Source: Octopus sinensis (Eukaryota). Taken from it: DNA of 64,000 bases. Location: assembly GCF_006345805.1 (NCBI RefSeq), contig NC_043017.1, positions 6,572,001-6,636,000 on the forward strand, written 5' to 3'. Within the stretch, counting starts at the first letter, position 1. Each line of letters opens with the position of its first letter. A program made the position numbers and the translations under genes. Below are positions 24,888 to 38,062 of the stretch, in pieces. The notes below the pieces were generated by a model. The model made no database searches. It had not been told where the DNA came from and was given only the letters and a program-made list of their open reading frames with translations.

Positions 24888-24914
24888 ATAATAATAATAA
24901 TAATAATAATGATG

Positions 24915-24945
<31 letters not shown>

Positions 24946-24951
24946 TAATAA

Positions 24952-25402
24952 TCCTTTCTATTATAGGCACAAGGCCTGAAATTTTGGGAGAGGGGACAAG
25001 TTGATTACATTGACTCTGGTTTTTCACTGGTACTTAATTTATTGACCCCAAAATGATGAAAGGCAAAGTCGACCTCAGTGGAATTTGAACTCAGAACGTA
25101 GCAACGAGCGAAATACCACTAAATATTTTGCCCTGCATGCGCTAACGATTCTGCCAGCTCACCGCCTTAATAATAACGATAATTGCAATCTTTTCTACTC
25201 TAGGAGCAAGGCCTGAAAATTTATGGGGGGGCGGGAGTCAATTAGATCGACCCTAGTACGTAACAGGTACTTGATTTATCAAATCCGAAAGGATGAAAAG
25301 CAAAGTTGACCTCAGTGGAATTTGAACTCAGACCGTAACAATGAGAGAAATACTGCTTAGCATTTTGCCCCGTCTGCTAACGATTCTGCCAACTTGCTGC
25401 CT
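24952..25402 (-). mobile_element. Two tandem SINE family M copies
   Basis: ~24952-25167 and 25189-25402, next to (TAA)n. Confidence 0.85.
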
Positions 25403-25799
25403 TAATGTGTCTGCTAACAACAATAGCAACAACGACTCTGATAACTATAATAATGATAATAACGACTTTTTTTTATAATGATAACGAAAATAATTGAGTA
25501 ATTTTACTGACTGCCTATCACAATAATGATTCATTATAAAATGTTATGTTAATGAAGTGTGATTAAGCGGTGCGTTCGTTTCAGGGTATCTTTTGATGGT
25601 TTCCTGTCAAAGATAAGGTGGATTATTGTGAAACATATTCAACAATCCGATGAAATTCAAACATAAGATGTTATATTAGCAACGTTCTCTTTTGTTTACC
25701 TAATTGATTAATTAGTTTTAATTCGTCTCTATTGATTATATTGTCTGTCTTTATACGTGTGCGTGTGTCTTGCAACCTTTCTCTCTGTCTGTCATTTTG

Positions 25800-26195
25800 T
25801 CTGTCTGTCTCTCTCTCTCGCTCTCTCTTTCTCTCTCTCGCTCTCTCTTTCTTACTTTCGCTCTCTCTTGCTTTCTCTCTCTCTTTCTCTCTCTCTCGCT
25901 CTCTCTTTCTTACTCTCTCTCTCTCTTTCTCTCTCTCTCTCGCTCTCGCTCTCTCTCTCGCTCTCTCTTTCTTACTCTCTCTCTCTCTCTCTCTCGCTTT
26001 CTCTCTGTCTCTCTCTCTCTCTCTTTCTCACTCTCTCTCTCTCTTTCTCACTCTCTCTCTCTCTCTTTCTCACTCTCTCTCTCTCTGTCTCGATCTCTCT
26101 CTCTCTCTTTCTCACTCTCTCTATCTCGCTCTCTCTTTATCTCTCTCCCTCTCTCTCTCTCCCTCTCTCCTCCCTCTCTCTCTCCCTCTCTCTCT
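25800..26195. repeat. (CT)n-rich polypyrimidine tract (also 29140-29670, 32215-32705)
   Basis: Direct reading. Confidence 0.95.
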
Positions 26196-29100
26196 TAACG
26201 TAAGTGTCTCTGTGACTGTGTGTGTGTCTGTCAGCCACTCTATCTCTTGCACTTTATGCATGTGTGTGTGTATGTGTGTATATGTGTGTGCGTATATGTG
26301 TGTGTCTGTCTGTCAGTTTCTGTCTCTTTCTCTTTATATAAGTGTGTGTTTGTGTGTCACAACCTTTCTCTCTGCCTGTCATTTTGTCTTCCCCCCACTC
26401 TCTCTCTCTCTCTCTTAATGTTAGGGTGCATGTGTGTGTGTGTATGTGTGTGTCTATCAGCCACTCTATCTCTTGCAGTTTATGCATGTGTGTGGTATGT
26501 GTCTGTGGGTGTCTGTGTGTGTGTGTGCGTGTGTATGTGTGTGTGTGTGTGTGTGTGTGTATTATTCACTTATATTACCATCTGCGTTGATTGTATACTG
26601 TGTCTTTATATCATCATCATCATTATCATCATCATCACTTAACTTATCATAATTTCTCTCTTTCTCTCTTTCTCTCTCACGCATACACATGCCTACACAC
26701 ACCCACACACACACACACACACGCACATCTTTGTGTCTGCCTCTCATTGCTTGACTACCAGTGTTGGTTTGTTTACGTCCTCTGAACCTAGCAGTTCAGC
26801 GGAAGAGACTGATGGAATGAATACCAGACTTTAAAACTAAATATAAATAAAATAAAGAAAAGAAAAGCCCTGGGGTCGACTTGTTCAACTTAAAACCTTT
26901 CAAGATGCTGCCCCAGCATGGCCGCAGTCCAATGACTGAAACAAGGAAGACAGACAGACAGACACCAATCCATGAGAGCAGTGGGCCCCACCCACAACAG
27001 GAAATGAGTGAAACCATGGCAACCTGTCTGACCAACCCATGCCAGCATGGGAAGTGGATGTGAAATGATGAGGATGATGATTATGGTGGTGGTGGTGGTG
27101 GTGGTATGATTACAGGAAAGAATATACGTGTCTGTGGTATACTCGGCCACTGTAATGCATTGACTGGGGAATTTAGTTGATAGAATAATTGAAATACTTG
27201 TCAAAGTAAATGATTGTTCATTTACCTTTATATCTGTGTGTGTGCGTGTGTGTGTGTGGTGTGTGTGCGTGCGTGCATGTGTGTGTGTGCATGTGTCTGG
27301 TGGTATATGTATATTTCTGTGTCTGTATTTCTTTGTATATGTGTGTGTGTATGTGTGTCTGTAGGTATATGTATTTGTCTGTGTGTGTGTGTGCACCTCT
27401 GTAGGTATATTGTGTGTGTGTGTGTGTGTGTGTCTAGGTATATGTATACGTCTCTGTGGATGTATATGTGTGTGCATGCCTTGAGTGTTTATATGCTTGC
27501 GTGTGTGTGTACGTATGTAAACATGTGTGTCTGTATATGTATGTATATATTTCTGAGTGTGTGTGACTGTATGTTTGTATATTTCTGTGTGTATGTGTGT
27601 GTATGTGTGTCTATGTGTATGTATATACCTGTGTGACTTTGTGTGAGACTTTGTGTGTGTGTAGCTATGTTTGTATACATCTATGTGCTTGTGTGTCTGA
27701 ATGTATGTTTGAGTGTGTATATCTCTATGTAGTACCAGTTACGCACTGGGGTCGATATAATCGACTTAATCCCTTTGTCTGTCTTTGTTTGTCCCCTCTG
27801 TGTTTAGCCCCTTGTGGGTAGTAAAGAAATATATCTCGATGTGTATACGTCTTTGTGTATAACTGTGTACATCTGCCTGTGCGTGTATATATGTCCGAGT
27901 ATGTATGGCTGAATATGTGTGTGTGTATGTGTGTGTGTGTGTCCCCTCATTTTTGTCTTGTATGGGATTTCCACATGTCTCTGTATACATGTGGGCTCCA
28001 TCAGATTTATATATGTGTGTGTGTGTTTATGCATTTACTGCATACCTTGTTCATGTGTGTGTGTGTGTGTGTGTGTGTGTATGGATTTCCATTTTGTGTG
28101 TACCTGTATGTGTATGCATATGTGTGTGTGTGTGTGTATTTCTTTTGACCCGAATCTATTATTAATTAATTAGTCATAATAATACTGTCTCTTAATGACC
28201 TCCCCTTCTGTTTCATTTGTCTTGTATTGTAGTCGGGACGATAATATCTGACCATTCTCGTCCTAACTGCTATAAATGCTTACATACATATCCATCTAGC
28301 CATCCATGTATATATGTGTATGTGTATGTAAATATATGTGTGTGTGTGTTTATATATATATATATATATACGTTTGTATATGTATGTATATATATGTTTG
28401 TATATGTATGTATATATATGTTTGTATATGTATGTATATTTATATGTATATATATATAATATATTGGTGGTAAATATATGTATGACATATGTATGTATAT
28501 ATGTAATATAATATATATATTACATATATAATATGTATATATTTGTATATATGTATAGGTATGTATATATGTATGTATATATATGTATGTATTTATATGT
28601 GTGTGTGTGTGTATAAAGATATATATATATGCATGTATGTATATAAACTAGCTATTGACGACACACTCCTTAATGCCTGGAGGGTATTAATTATTTTTTC
28701 TCCTTTTCTCTTCCCCATCCACATTGTTTTTACAATCGTCATCATCATTATCAGCATCACCTCCACCACCACCACCACCAATACCTTCATCATCATTACC
28801 ATCATCACCATTGTCATCATCACAATTATCTTCACTGAAAGTCACTATTACCACGACAACCACTACCACCATCATCATCATCATCATCAATATCTTCAGC
28901 ATCATCATCACCACCACTGTCATCATCACCATCATAATTATCTTCACTGAAAGTCACTATTACCTCCACCACTACCACCACCAGCAGCATCATTTATAAT
29001 ACAATCATTAGCTTCATTAACTTTTCCATCAATTTTACACACCACCACCGTCATTGTGACCCTCAACATCATCATCCATGTCTCCATCATCGTCAAACTT

Positions 29101-30123
29101 CTATTGCCATTGTCTCCAACCCCCATCGCCCCTTCGCCATCTCGTCACCCCCTCCTTTCTCTTTCTTGCTTTCTTCTTTCCTCCCTTTTCTCTCTCTTCC
29201 CTTGTTTATTACTTTCATTTTCTTAATCCCCTTTTCTCTTCTCTTTTCTTCTCCTTCCCTGTTTTCATTTCCATTCTTCAATGCTCCTTCTTCCTTTCTC
29301 CATCTCTCTCTTTCCTCTTTTTCCCTCTTTCTCTTTCTTTCCCCCTCTTTCCTTCTCTTTTCTCACTCTCTGTCTCACCCTCTATTTCTCTCTCCTTTTT
29401 CCTTCCCTTTCTCTTTCTCCTCCCTCTCTGTTTCAGTCTCCGTTTTCTCTCTTTTCTCTTCTTTTTTCCTCTCCCTCTTTCCCTCTCTTTTTCTTTCTCT
29501 TTTTCTTTCTCTTCATTTACCTCTTTCTTCTCTCTCTCTCTCTGTTTCTATCTCCTAACCCCACTCTCTTTTTCTCCCTTTTCTCTTTTTCTTTATTGCT
29601 CCCCTTTTTTCCTCCCTCCTCTCTCTTCTGTTCCTCTTTCTTCTTTTCTTTTCCCCATCTTTTCTTTCCCGCACCCCAGACAAGGTGACTTCTTCATACT
29701 ACTCCTCACCATCATCGAATCATGACACCGAGGTGAAGTGAACACAAACTTCACTGGGAAGCGACCACAGCACTCTAACTTACCTCATCTGACAGCCACA
29801 CACCTTCACTTATAGAAGAACCTGATATTTAGTTCAGATATTTATGACAACGAGTCATCTAGACCAGTGCTTCTCAATCTATCTGATGTGGAGCAAATAG
29901 ATTTTTAAATGCCCAGAAAAAATTCTTCCTCAATGCTCACCCCATTGTCATGAATGTTGGGTAATGGCCAAAAGAGTACAATTTTGTGTGCAAATGACCA
30001 AGATGGGGTTCCTGTGAAAGGATCTCTAGAGTAGTGTTACTCGATAGGCTGTGTTGCTTAGAGATCAGGAAGTCTCTGTAGGTCAAACTGCTATTTCTCT
30101 GTATTCAGAGGTCCCAGCTCTGA

Positions 30124-30936
30124 CACTATGGACATGAGATTAGAATGTCTCAAGGAAGAATCACAAGGAAGATTCTTTAATCTGGCAGTAAACCCTAGGG
30201 CAGGCCAAAAACGGGGTTTGTTGGATAACATCTATTGTTTCAATTGGTCATGCGTGGAAATCCAACCAGAATATATAATGATGGTTGATTCTGTTGGAAT
30301 CTGTGGAGGAGGAGAAGGTGCCTGAGGACTATAACCCCGATGACCCTCCCAGAAATAGTTGGTGGTGGGGGGAGAAGAAGATGGGTGAATGGATGGATGG
30401 ATGGTCTTAAAAAAATGTAGGAACACTTCCTGTTTCTGTTGTACCTGTATTTCAAAGGGCCGGCCTTGTCACTCTCTGTGTCATGCTGAATATCCCCGAG
30501 AACTACGTTAAGGGTACACGTGTCTGTGGAGTGCTCAACCACTTGCACGTTAATTTCACGAGCAGGCTGTTCCGTTGATTCGGATCAACCGGAACCCTCA
30601 TCGTCGTAACCGACGGAGTGCTTCCATCACTATGGACATGAGATTAGAATGTCTCAAGGAAGAATCACAAGGAAGATTCTTCAAGCTGGCAGGAAACTCT
30701 AGGGCAGGCCAAAAACGGGGTTTGTTGGATAACATCCATTGTTTCAGTTGGTCATGCTTGGAAATCCAACCAGAATATATAATGATGGTTGCTTCTGTTG
30801 GATTCTGTGGAGGAGGAGAAGGTGCCTGAGGACTATAACCCCGATGACCCTCCCAGAAATAGTTGGTGGGTGGGAGGCAGAAGATGGGTGAATGGATGGA
30901 TGGATGGATGGTCTTAAAAAAAATGTAGGAACACTT
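30124..30936 (+). repeat. ~305-bp direct duplication flanking a 5'-truncated SINE
   Basis: 30124-30428 is highly similar to 30628-30936; the SINE family C 3' part lies between them. Confidence 0.9.
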
Positions 30937-31581
30937 TGGATATGCTAAGAATCAGGATGGTCACATCTGGAATGTGTATTTTCTTTTTCTTTTTTTATCA
31001 TAGGTCTATGCAAATGATTTTGACTCGGGGCTAAAACAACAGCAACAACAACAACAACGACAAGCTATCTATATTAAACTTTCATCAAAATACATGAAAC
31101 AGTTTCATTAAAAATAAAAGACTTTTTGACAGTGAAATTCCAAGACTGTTCTCTCTCTCTCCCTCCCTCTATCTAGCCATCTCTCTCTCTCTCTATCTAT
31201 CTCTTTCTTTCTCCCCCACTCTCTATCAATCTCTCAGACTTTCCATTAATGCCAGACAAATTTTTTTTCTTCTTCTTCTTCAATCGACATCAATTGAGAT
31301 TCCTTTTCTTCTTCTTTGTTTCCTTCTTTCTCCTTCTTTCTTTCTTATTAAAATTGGAAAATTATTTCCTTTTTTCTCTCTCCCTCCCTCTCTCCTTCTT
31401 TTCTTAATTCTTTTTATTTTCCTTTTTTTTTTCCTCTTCTTTTTCCTCTTCTCTTCTCTCACTACCAATATCCTAACCTGACCAAGAATGGACACGGAAG
31501 CTGGAAGTTTGCTGCTAAATCTGTTTAAACTAAAAGTTCCGTTTTTGTACGTCTCTAAAGAATTCGATTAGTTCTCTTGCC

Positions 31582-31627
<46 letters not shown>

Positions 31628-31629
31628 TA

Positions 31630-31699
<70 letters not shown>

Positions 31700-31944
31700 C
31701 ATATTATTATTATTATTATTATTATTATCATTATTATTATTATTATTATATTATCATTGTTCTTTATTATTATGTTTTATGTTATTATTGCTATTATACG
31801 ATTAACCATTATTATTTTTATTACAAGACGTGTTAGTGGCGATTTACTTGAAATGAGGGAGGTGGGGGGGGGTGAAAGGTGTGGGGTGAGAGCAGTAGGA
31901 CGGAGCAGATGTCTGCGGATGTCTGCGAAACTGTATTTAGTCTT

Positions 31945-31958
31945 GTTACCATGACACC
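31945..31958. promoter_or_regulatory. RFX X-box-like motif in a unique, CpG-containing island (31820-32190)
   Basis: GTTACCATGACACC resembles the GTTRCCATGGYAAC consensus; GC box-like GGGGCGG near 32150. Confidence 0.3.
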
Positions 31959-33020
31959 CCGAGTTCAAGCCTCATGCTAGGGTCAGACTGTGCTTTCTCT
32001 CTTTCTTTCTTTCCTTTGTTTCTTGGTCAGAGGAGGCCAAATGGGGTGGGTGGGTTGTGGGTTGCGGTGGGGTTGGGTACTGGCTGCTAAAATAAGTATA
32101 GCTGTAACGATATTGAGAGGAATAACGGAATCAGATGTAGAGGGATGGCGGGGGCGGCGGCAGGTAAAGGTGGAGGTGGGGGGGCAATACAGTCATTTCA
32201 AGAAATTACTTTTTGTCTTTCTCCTTCTTCTCTCTCTTGTCTCTTTCTCACATGTTCTCTCTTTCTCTCTCTCTTTTACCTTCTCTCTCACTCTTTATCT
32301 CTCTCTTACCCTTTCTCTTCGTCTCTCTCTATCTCTTGCTCTCTCTCTAGCTCTCTCCCTCTTTCTTGTTCTTTTTCTCCTTCTTTCTCTCTCTCTCTTG
32401 CCCTCTTTCTCTCTCACCCTTTCTCTCTTTTCTAACTTTCTCTTAGTCTCTCTCTCTCTCACTCACTCTCCCTCTCTCACTTTCCCTCTCTCTCTCTCTC
32501 TCTCTCTATATATATTATATATATACACACATATATCTTTCCATCCATCCCTTGTCCTCTCTCTCACCCTTTCTCTCTTTTCCATCTTTCTCTTACCCTT
32601 TCACTCTCTTCTGTCTCTCTTCTGTCCTCTCCCTCTTACCCTGTCTCTCTCATTTTCTCTCACTCTCATCCTTCCTCTTCATCTCCCCCTCTCTCTCTCT
32701 CTCCTCATAAGAAATACATTCTTCTAAAAGACACCAAGTTGTTATTGTCTTTGGTTCTCGCTCCGCTTTCAGAATACAGACTGATTGTCGAGCATTGCTG
32801 TGAGGCAAGAAGTTTTCTTTCAAACCCCATGGCTTCAGGTTCAGTCCCACTGTGTGACACCTTGAGCAAGTGTCTTTTACTGTAGCCCGGGTAGACTCAA
32901 AGCCTTGTAAGTGGAACTAGCAGATGGAAACTGAAAGAAGCCAATCATATATATATCTGTGTGTGTGTGTATGTATGTGCATGCTTGTTTTTTGTGTGTG
33001 TGTGTGTGTGCATATATGTA

Positions 33021-33052
<32 letters not shown>

Positions 33053-33234
33053 TCTGTTTGTCTGTGTGTCTGTCTATTCATTCATTTATCAATCAGTGAG
33101 TTTATCTGTCTGTCTGTCTATCTATCTATCTTTTTTTCTTTTTTCTTGTGGAAAGGATGCGTTCTGATGGTCAGGCAATCCATTTGCATACATACATACA
33201 CACACACACACACATATACCTTTATCCAGCCAGT

Positions 33235-33400
33235 CGCCATGATTGACCGCTAACTCCAAAAGTTTTTTTTATTCTCTCTGTTTACTTCCTCGTGTTCCTC
33301 TCTGTTGAAGAGCACAGGCTTGAAACATAAAAGACTTCCTCACCTTCCCAAGCATCAAACTAATACACCCATCTTCGTCTTTTGTTTTTCTGTAAATTTC
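33235..33400 (+). mobile_element. Short HHR-bearing repeat (family B), diverged
   Basis: CTGTTGAAGAGCACAGGCTTGAAACATAAAAGAC plus the family flanks CGCCATGAT and TCTTCGTCTTTTG. Confidence 0.6.
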
Positions 33401-33574
33401 TGGAGTGGTTGGTGTTAGGAAGGGCATCCAGCTGTAGAAACTTTACCAGATCTGATTGAGCCTGGTGCAGCCTCTGGCTCACCAGTCCTCAGTCAAACTG
33501 CCCAACCCATGCCATCATGGAAAGTAGACATCAAATGATGATGATGATGATATGTGTGTGTGTGTATGTATGTA

Positions 33575-33671
33575 TGTATATATATATATGTATTATATAT
33601 ATATATGTATGTATATATATATATTATATATATATATATAATATATACACATATATATACATATTATATAT

Positions 33672-33705
<34 letters not shown>

Positions 33706-33745
33706 CCTATTATGCATATATATATATAATATATATATATATATC

Positions 33746-33797
<52 letters not shown>

Positions 33798-33890
33798 TAA
33801 TATATATAACATATATATATATATATTTACATAATATATATATATACATATATATATAATATATTTACATATATCACATATATATATATA
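33575..33890. repeat. Long interrupted (TA)n tract
   Basis: Direct reading. Confidence 0.95.
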
Positions 33891-33964
33891 CACACATATA
33901 GATAGATAGATTGATAGGAGAGAGAGAGAGAGGAGAGACATGCACACGTGTACATAGACCCAGA

Positions 33965-34008
<44 letters not shown>

Positions 34009-34294
34009 ATATATTAGCTGACTCAACTGAACAAACAGACCCGATAACACAAGACAGTACAGGTAAATATACATGTATACACTGTAGGGTCAATATTAAC
34101 TGATTATATGAAATGAATCAATCAGAATGCAACAATCGATGCAAGACTTTTACTAACCATGTTGACACAGGGACAGTTCAGATGACAGCATGCAGTAGTG
34201 CTCTGCTACAAGCAGTGAATGGGACACAAGCAGTACATAGTAATAATAACAATAACAATAATAATAATAATAATAATCATCATCATCATCATCA

Positions 34295-34620
34295 TCATTT
34301 AGCATCCGCTTTCCATGCTAGCATGGGTTGGACGGTTCAACTGGGGTCTGTGAAGCCAGAAGGCTGCACCAGGCCCAGTCTGATCTGGCAATGTTTCTAC
34401 GGCTGGATGCCCTTCCTAACGCCAACCACTCCGTGAGTGTAGTGGGTGCTTTTTACGTGCCACCGGCACAGGTGCCAGATGAGGCTGGCAAACAGCCACG
34501 ATCGGATGGTGCTTTTTACGTGCCACTGGCACGAGGCCAGTCGGGGCGGTGCTGGCAACAGCCACGTTCGGATGGTTCTCTTACGTGCCCCTGGCACTGG
34601 TATCATATCTGCAATTTCCA
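34295..34620 (-). mobile_element. RTE-associated non-autonomous retroposon with (TGA)n tail, representative copy
   Basis: Minus strand GGTTGGCGTTAGGAAGGGCATCCAGCCGTAGAAAC...AACCCATGCTAGCATGGAAAGCGGA..(TGA)n, with internal tandem TTTTACGTGCCAC units. Other copies (approx.): 8780-8925, 14400-14560, 20280-20750, 21290-21560, 33400-33540, 38070-38460, 39200-39450, 42340-42690, 43355-43490, 47030-47510, 47755-48020, 61335-61580, 61760-61965. Confidence 0.75.
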
Positions 34621-34638
34621 TAATAATAATAATAATAA

Positions 34639-35103
34639 TCTTTTCTATTGTGGGCAGAAGACCTGAAATTTGTGGGGAGGGAGGATAGTTGATTAGATCG
34701 GCCCTGGTGTTGCTCTGGTACTTAATTTATCGACACCAAAAGGATGAAGGGCAAAGTCCACCTTGGTGGAATTTGAACATAGACGTAACAGCAGACAAAA
34801 TACCGCTAAGCATTTCACCTGGTGTGCTGATGATTCTGTTAAGTTGCCCCCTTAATAATATAATAATAAGAAGAAGAAGAAGAAGAAGAATATTAATCTT
34901 TCCTACTCTAGGCACAAGGCCTGAAATTTAGGGAGAGGGAGATAGTCAATTAGATTGACCCCAGTACGCAACTGGTACTTGATTTATCGACCTCCAAAAG
35001 GATGAAAGGCAAAGTCGACCTTGACAGAATTTGAACTCAGAATATAAGGATGGATGAAAAGCATTTCACCTGGCATGCTAACGATTCTGCCAGCTCACTG
35101 CCT
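34639..35103 (-). mobile_element. Two tandem SINE family M copies
   Basis: ~34639-34852 and 34897-35103, in (TAA)n context. Confidence 0.85.
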
Positions 35104-35116
35104 TAATAATAATAAT

Positions 35117-35484
35117 AACCAGAGCACTCAGAGAGCGCAAACCGCCACCAAGGCAACACCAATGTCCTCTCAATGATTAGCCAGAGATGATTTTTAAAAT
35201 GAGAATATCTGAAATAAACTCGACTGCTCTCACAAACGGGAATACTAAAAATGAACCTGACCAGTCTCAAAAATTAAGTTAAAAACAGGAAAAATAATCC
35301 AGAATCCTTGTCTGGTACCTGATCAATCCCCAAATCTAAATCAGTTTGTGTCAGTCATGAGTCCAAACATCCCTGAAAGTTTCATCCGGATCCATCCAGT
35401 GGTTCTTGAGATATCTTGTCCACAGACAAACAAACAAACAAACATGAATGAAAACAATACCTCCGCCTTAGCAAAGGTGGAGGC

Positions 35485-35488
<4 letters not shown>
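35117..35488 (-). mobile_element. Helentron-associated (HINE/DINE-like) non-autonomous element
   Basis: Minus strand shows a 5' inverted pair CCTCCACCTT/AAGGCGGAGG, (GTTT)n, a 3' subterminal CCTTGGTGGCGG, hairpin GCGCTC-TCT-GAGTGC and a TT end. Confidence 0.7.
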
Positions 35489-35523
<35 letters not shown>

Positions 35524-35694
35524 TAATTCTTTTATTGGCCACAAGGGCTGACGAAAAATCAATTATTACATAAAGGGACAAAACAGGACGAAAGGTTACA
35601 AAGGGTTTTGTCCGTTTGTGAAAACATCGAGTAAAAAAGCAGTTTAACAACGAAAATATAACAATGAAAAGCTCCCAAAAGGGGAAGGATATAA

Positions 35695-36081
35695 TCTTTA
35701 TATATAAAAGTGAGGTTGTGTGCTGTCTGTCTCCTACGATTTAGATTCCTAACTACTCCCACATTTTGCGGTGCAGTTTAACCAAAACTGGGTCGTGATT
35801 CATATCGAGCCCTTCTGGGTATTAGCGCGCATCTACGATGAGTCTACGATTTCAAAAAAAATTTACCATCAATTTTTCCCATTTTTAATGCATTTTTGGC
35901 ATATATAAGGGAAGTAACTCTCTAAAAATTTATTATTAAATCTCAGAACGTAAAAAGCTACGGTAACACCACCCCCTTTGTGGTTAGCCATATTGAGATG
36001 GCTATTATACTTTACATCTCTAAAAATGCTTATATAGTTATTTCCCTTACAAACCCGAGCAACACCGGGCGATACTGCTAG
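35695..36081 (+). mobile_element. Non-autonomous Helitron (different interior)
   Basis: A|TCTTTATATATAAAA start, hairpin CCCGAGCAACACCGGG, TGCTAG|T end. Confidence 0.85.
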
Positions 36082-36435
36082 TAAATAATAATTGTAATAA
36101 TGTAATTTTTAAGGGCTGTTGCTTATATAACAGTCCATTAACAAAATAGATTGAAGAATTGAAGGTTGTTGTGAGTTAAAAGAAACCATTGATTCAGTTA
36201 TGTAATGTTGTTGTAACGATCTTTGGTTAATTATTAAAGTCTATTTCTATTTAAGTTTTAGTCAAATAATGTGTTTTTTTTCTCTCTTTTTTTTTTTCTC
36301 TCTGTTGTACTGTTTGGAAGATTTTTTTTTTTTAAATCTTTTAATGCTGGAGAGGATACGTCAGACTCTTCAATGAACCATGGCTTCAAGGACTTTTCCT
36401 GTCTTGACAGGAAAATATAGACATTAATTATTAAT

Positions 36436-36478
36436 GATCATCATCATCATCATCACCATAATCATCATCATCATCACC

Positions 36479-36509
<31 letters not shown>

Positions 36510-36860
36510 CCATCATCACCATCATCATCATCATAATCATCACCATCATCATCATCATCACCATCATCATCACCATCATCATCATCATCATCATCACCAT
36601 CATCACCACCACCATCATCATCAATAACATTATCATCATCATCACCATCATCATCATCGTCGTCACCATCATCATCAGCAGCAGCAGCAGGAGCAGCATC
36701 ACCACCGCTGCTGTCACCACCACAGCCACCAACCCCACCATCATCATCACCATCACCACTATCCCTACAACCATCACCATCATCATCATCATCATCATTG
36801 ACGTCATCACTGACATCACCATCATCAGCTGCAGTAGCATGACTACCACCACCACCACAG
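36436..36860. repeat. (ATC)n/(ACC)n compound microsatellite (also 44036-44230)
   Basis: Direct reading. Confidence 0.95.
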
Positions 36861-37310
36861 TCACTGCTTCCCCCCTCCTCCTCTTCTTAACAGACTTGGG
36901 TCCAGTCCCACTGCATGGAACCTTGGGCCGGCATCTTCTCTTATAGCCATTGGTTGACCAAAGCCTTTGTGAGTGGATTTGGTTGACGGAAACTGAAAGA
37001 AGCCCGTCATATATATGTATACATACATATGTGTGTGTGTGTCTTTGTGGCTGTGTTTGTCCTTCTCCACCACCACCACCACCACAGCTTGAGAACTGGT
37101 GTTGGTGTGTTTACGTCCCCCATAACTTAGTGGTTTGGCAAAAGAGATCGATAGAATAAGTACCAGGCTTAATAGAAAACACAATTTATCAACAAAAACA
37201 CAATACAAGGAGCATTCGTTGCTGATTTTCTCATCAGTTCGTTTCCGAGCCAACCTAGTTGTTTCAAGCTATTTCAAAGCAAGACCACTGTTATCCAACG
37301 GGAATGCTAG

Positions 37311-37641
37311 AGCATAGAGGAGCTACAGGAAAAAGCTGACGAATGTGTGCAACAACTGGACATAATAGCATTGCGTGTACAATAAGAAATAATGGCAAGA
37401 TATAACAGACAAGGAATGATACGGATACAATAGAAAATGCTTTAGAGTTGTACAATGAGCTGAAGGAATAGTTATATGTATATATTACTAAGACAATACA
37501 ATACAAACAGAAAAGGCCTTTCCAGCTATCAAGACAGACATAGTGAGGTTACGCAAAGAAATGGAAAAAGTCCTTGATAGACGGAACACAAATGTGTCTG
37601 GTCTGGTCAGCAGCAGACCGAAGAAGAATGACGCGCTTTGA
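37311..37641 (+). pseudogene. Decayed helical protein-coding remnant of unknown origin
   Basis: Frameshifted segments SIEELQEKADECVQQLDIIALRVQ / DTIENALELYNELKE / KAFPAIKTDIVRLRKEMEKVLDRR; purine-rich, coding-like composition. Confidence 0.35.
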
Positions 37642-37853
37642 CTGGACATTGGTCATGTGGTAGGAGAGAGAAAGAGAGGTGGACGGAGTAAAGAATAAGA
37701 GCAGGAAAGAGAGGGAGAAGAGTGAGAGGGAAAGACAGGCAGAGGAGTAAATGAGGGGGAAGAAGAGAGGACAGGGCCCGAGAGAGGACAGGGCCTGAGA
37801 GAGACAGGGCCCAAGAGAGGCAATTGAGGAGGTGGGGGAGCGAAATATACATA

Positions 37854-38062
37854 CAGGGTGGCCCAAAAGTAGGTTTACAGTTATTCAACTTTCACTTTCA
37901 CATTCATATATTAACAGTTTAGATCTTAATTATAAAAAAAATATGAAACCATTATTCTACACTAATTTAATTGTAAAATAGTAATTTAAATTTAATAAAA
38001 TGTTTTAAAAGAAATTTAAAGTGCCTATGTGATAACTGCAAACTGACTTTTGGGCCACCCTA
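37854..38062. mobile_element. Second copy of the same MITE, inverted
   Basis: Same CAGGGTGGCCC TIRs; the interior is the reverse complement of 22190-22403. Confidence 0.85.

Noticed and set aside
30128-30829. Duplicated ORF MDMRLECLKEESQG...
   Set aside because: Short, unrecognisable and lacking splice support; explained by the local duplication.
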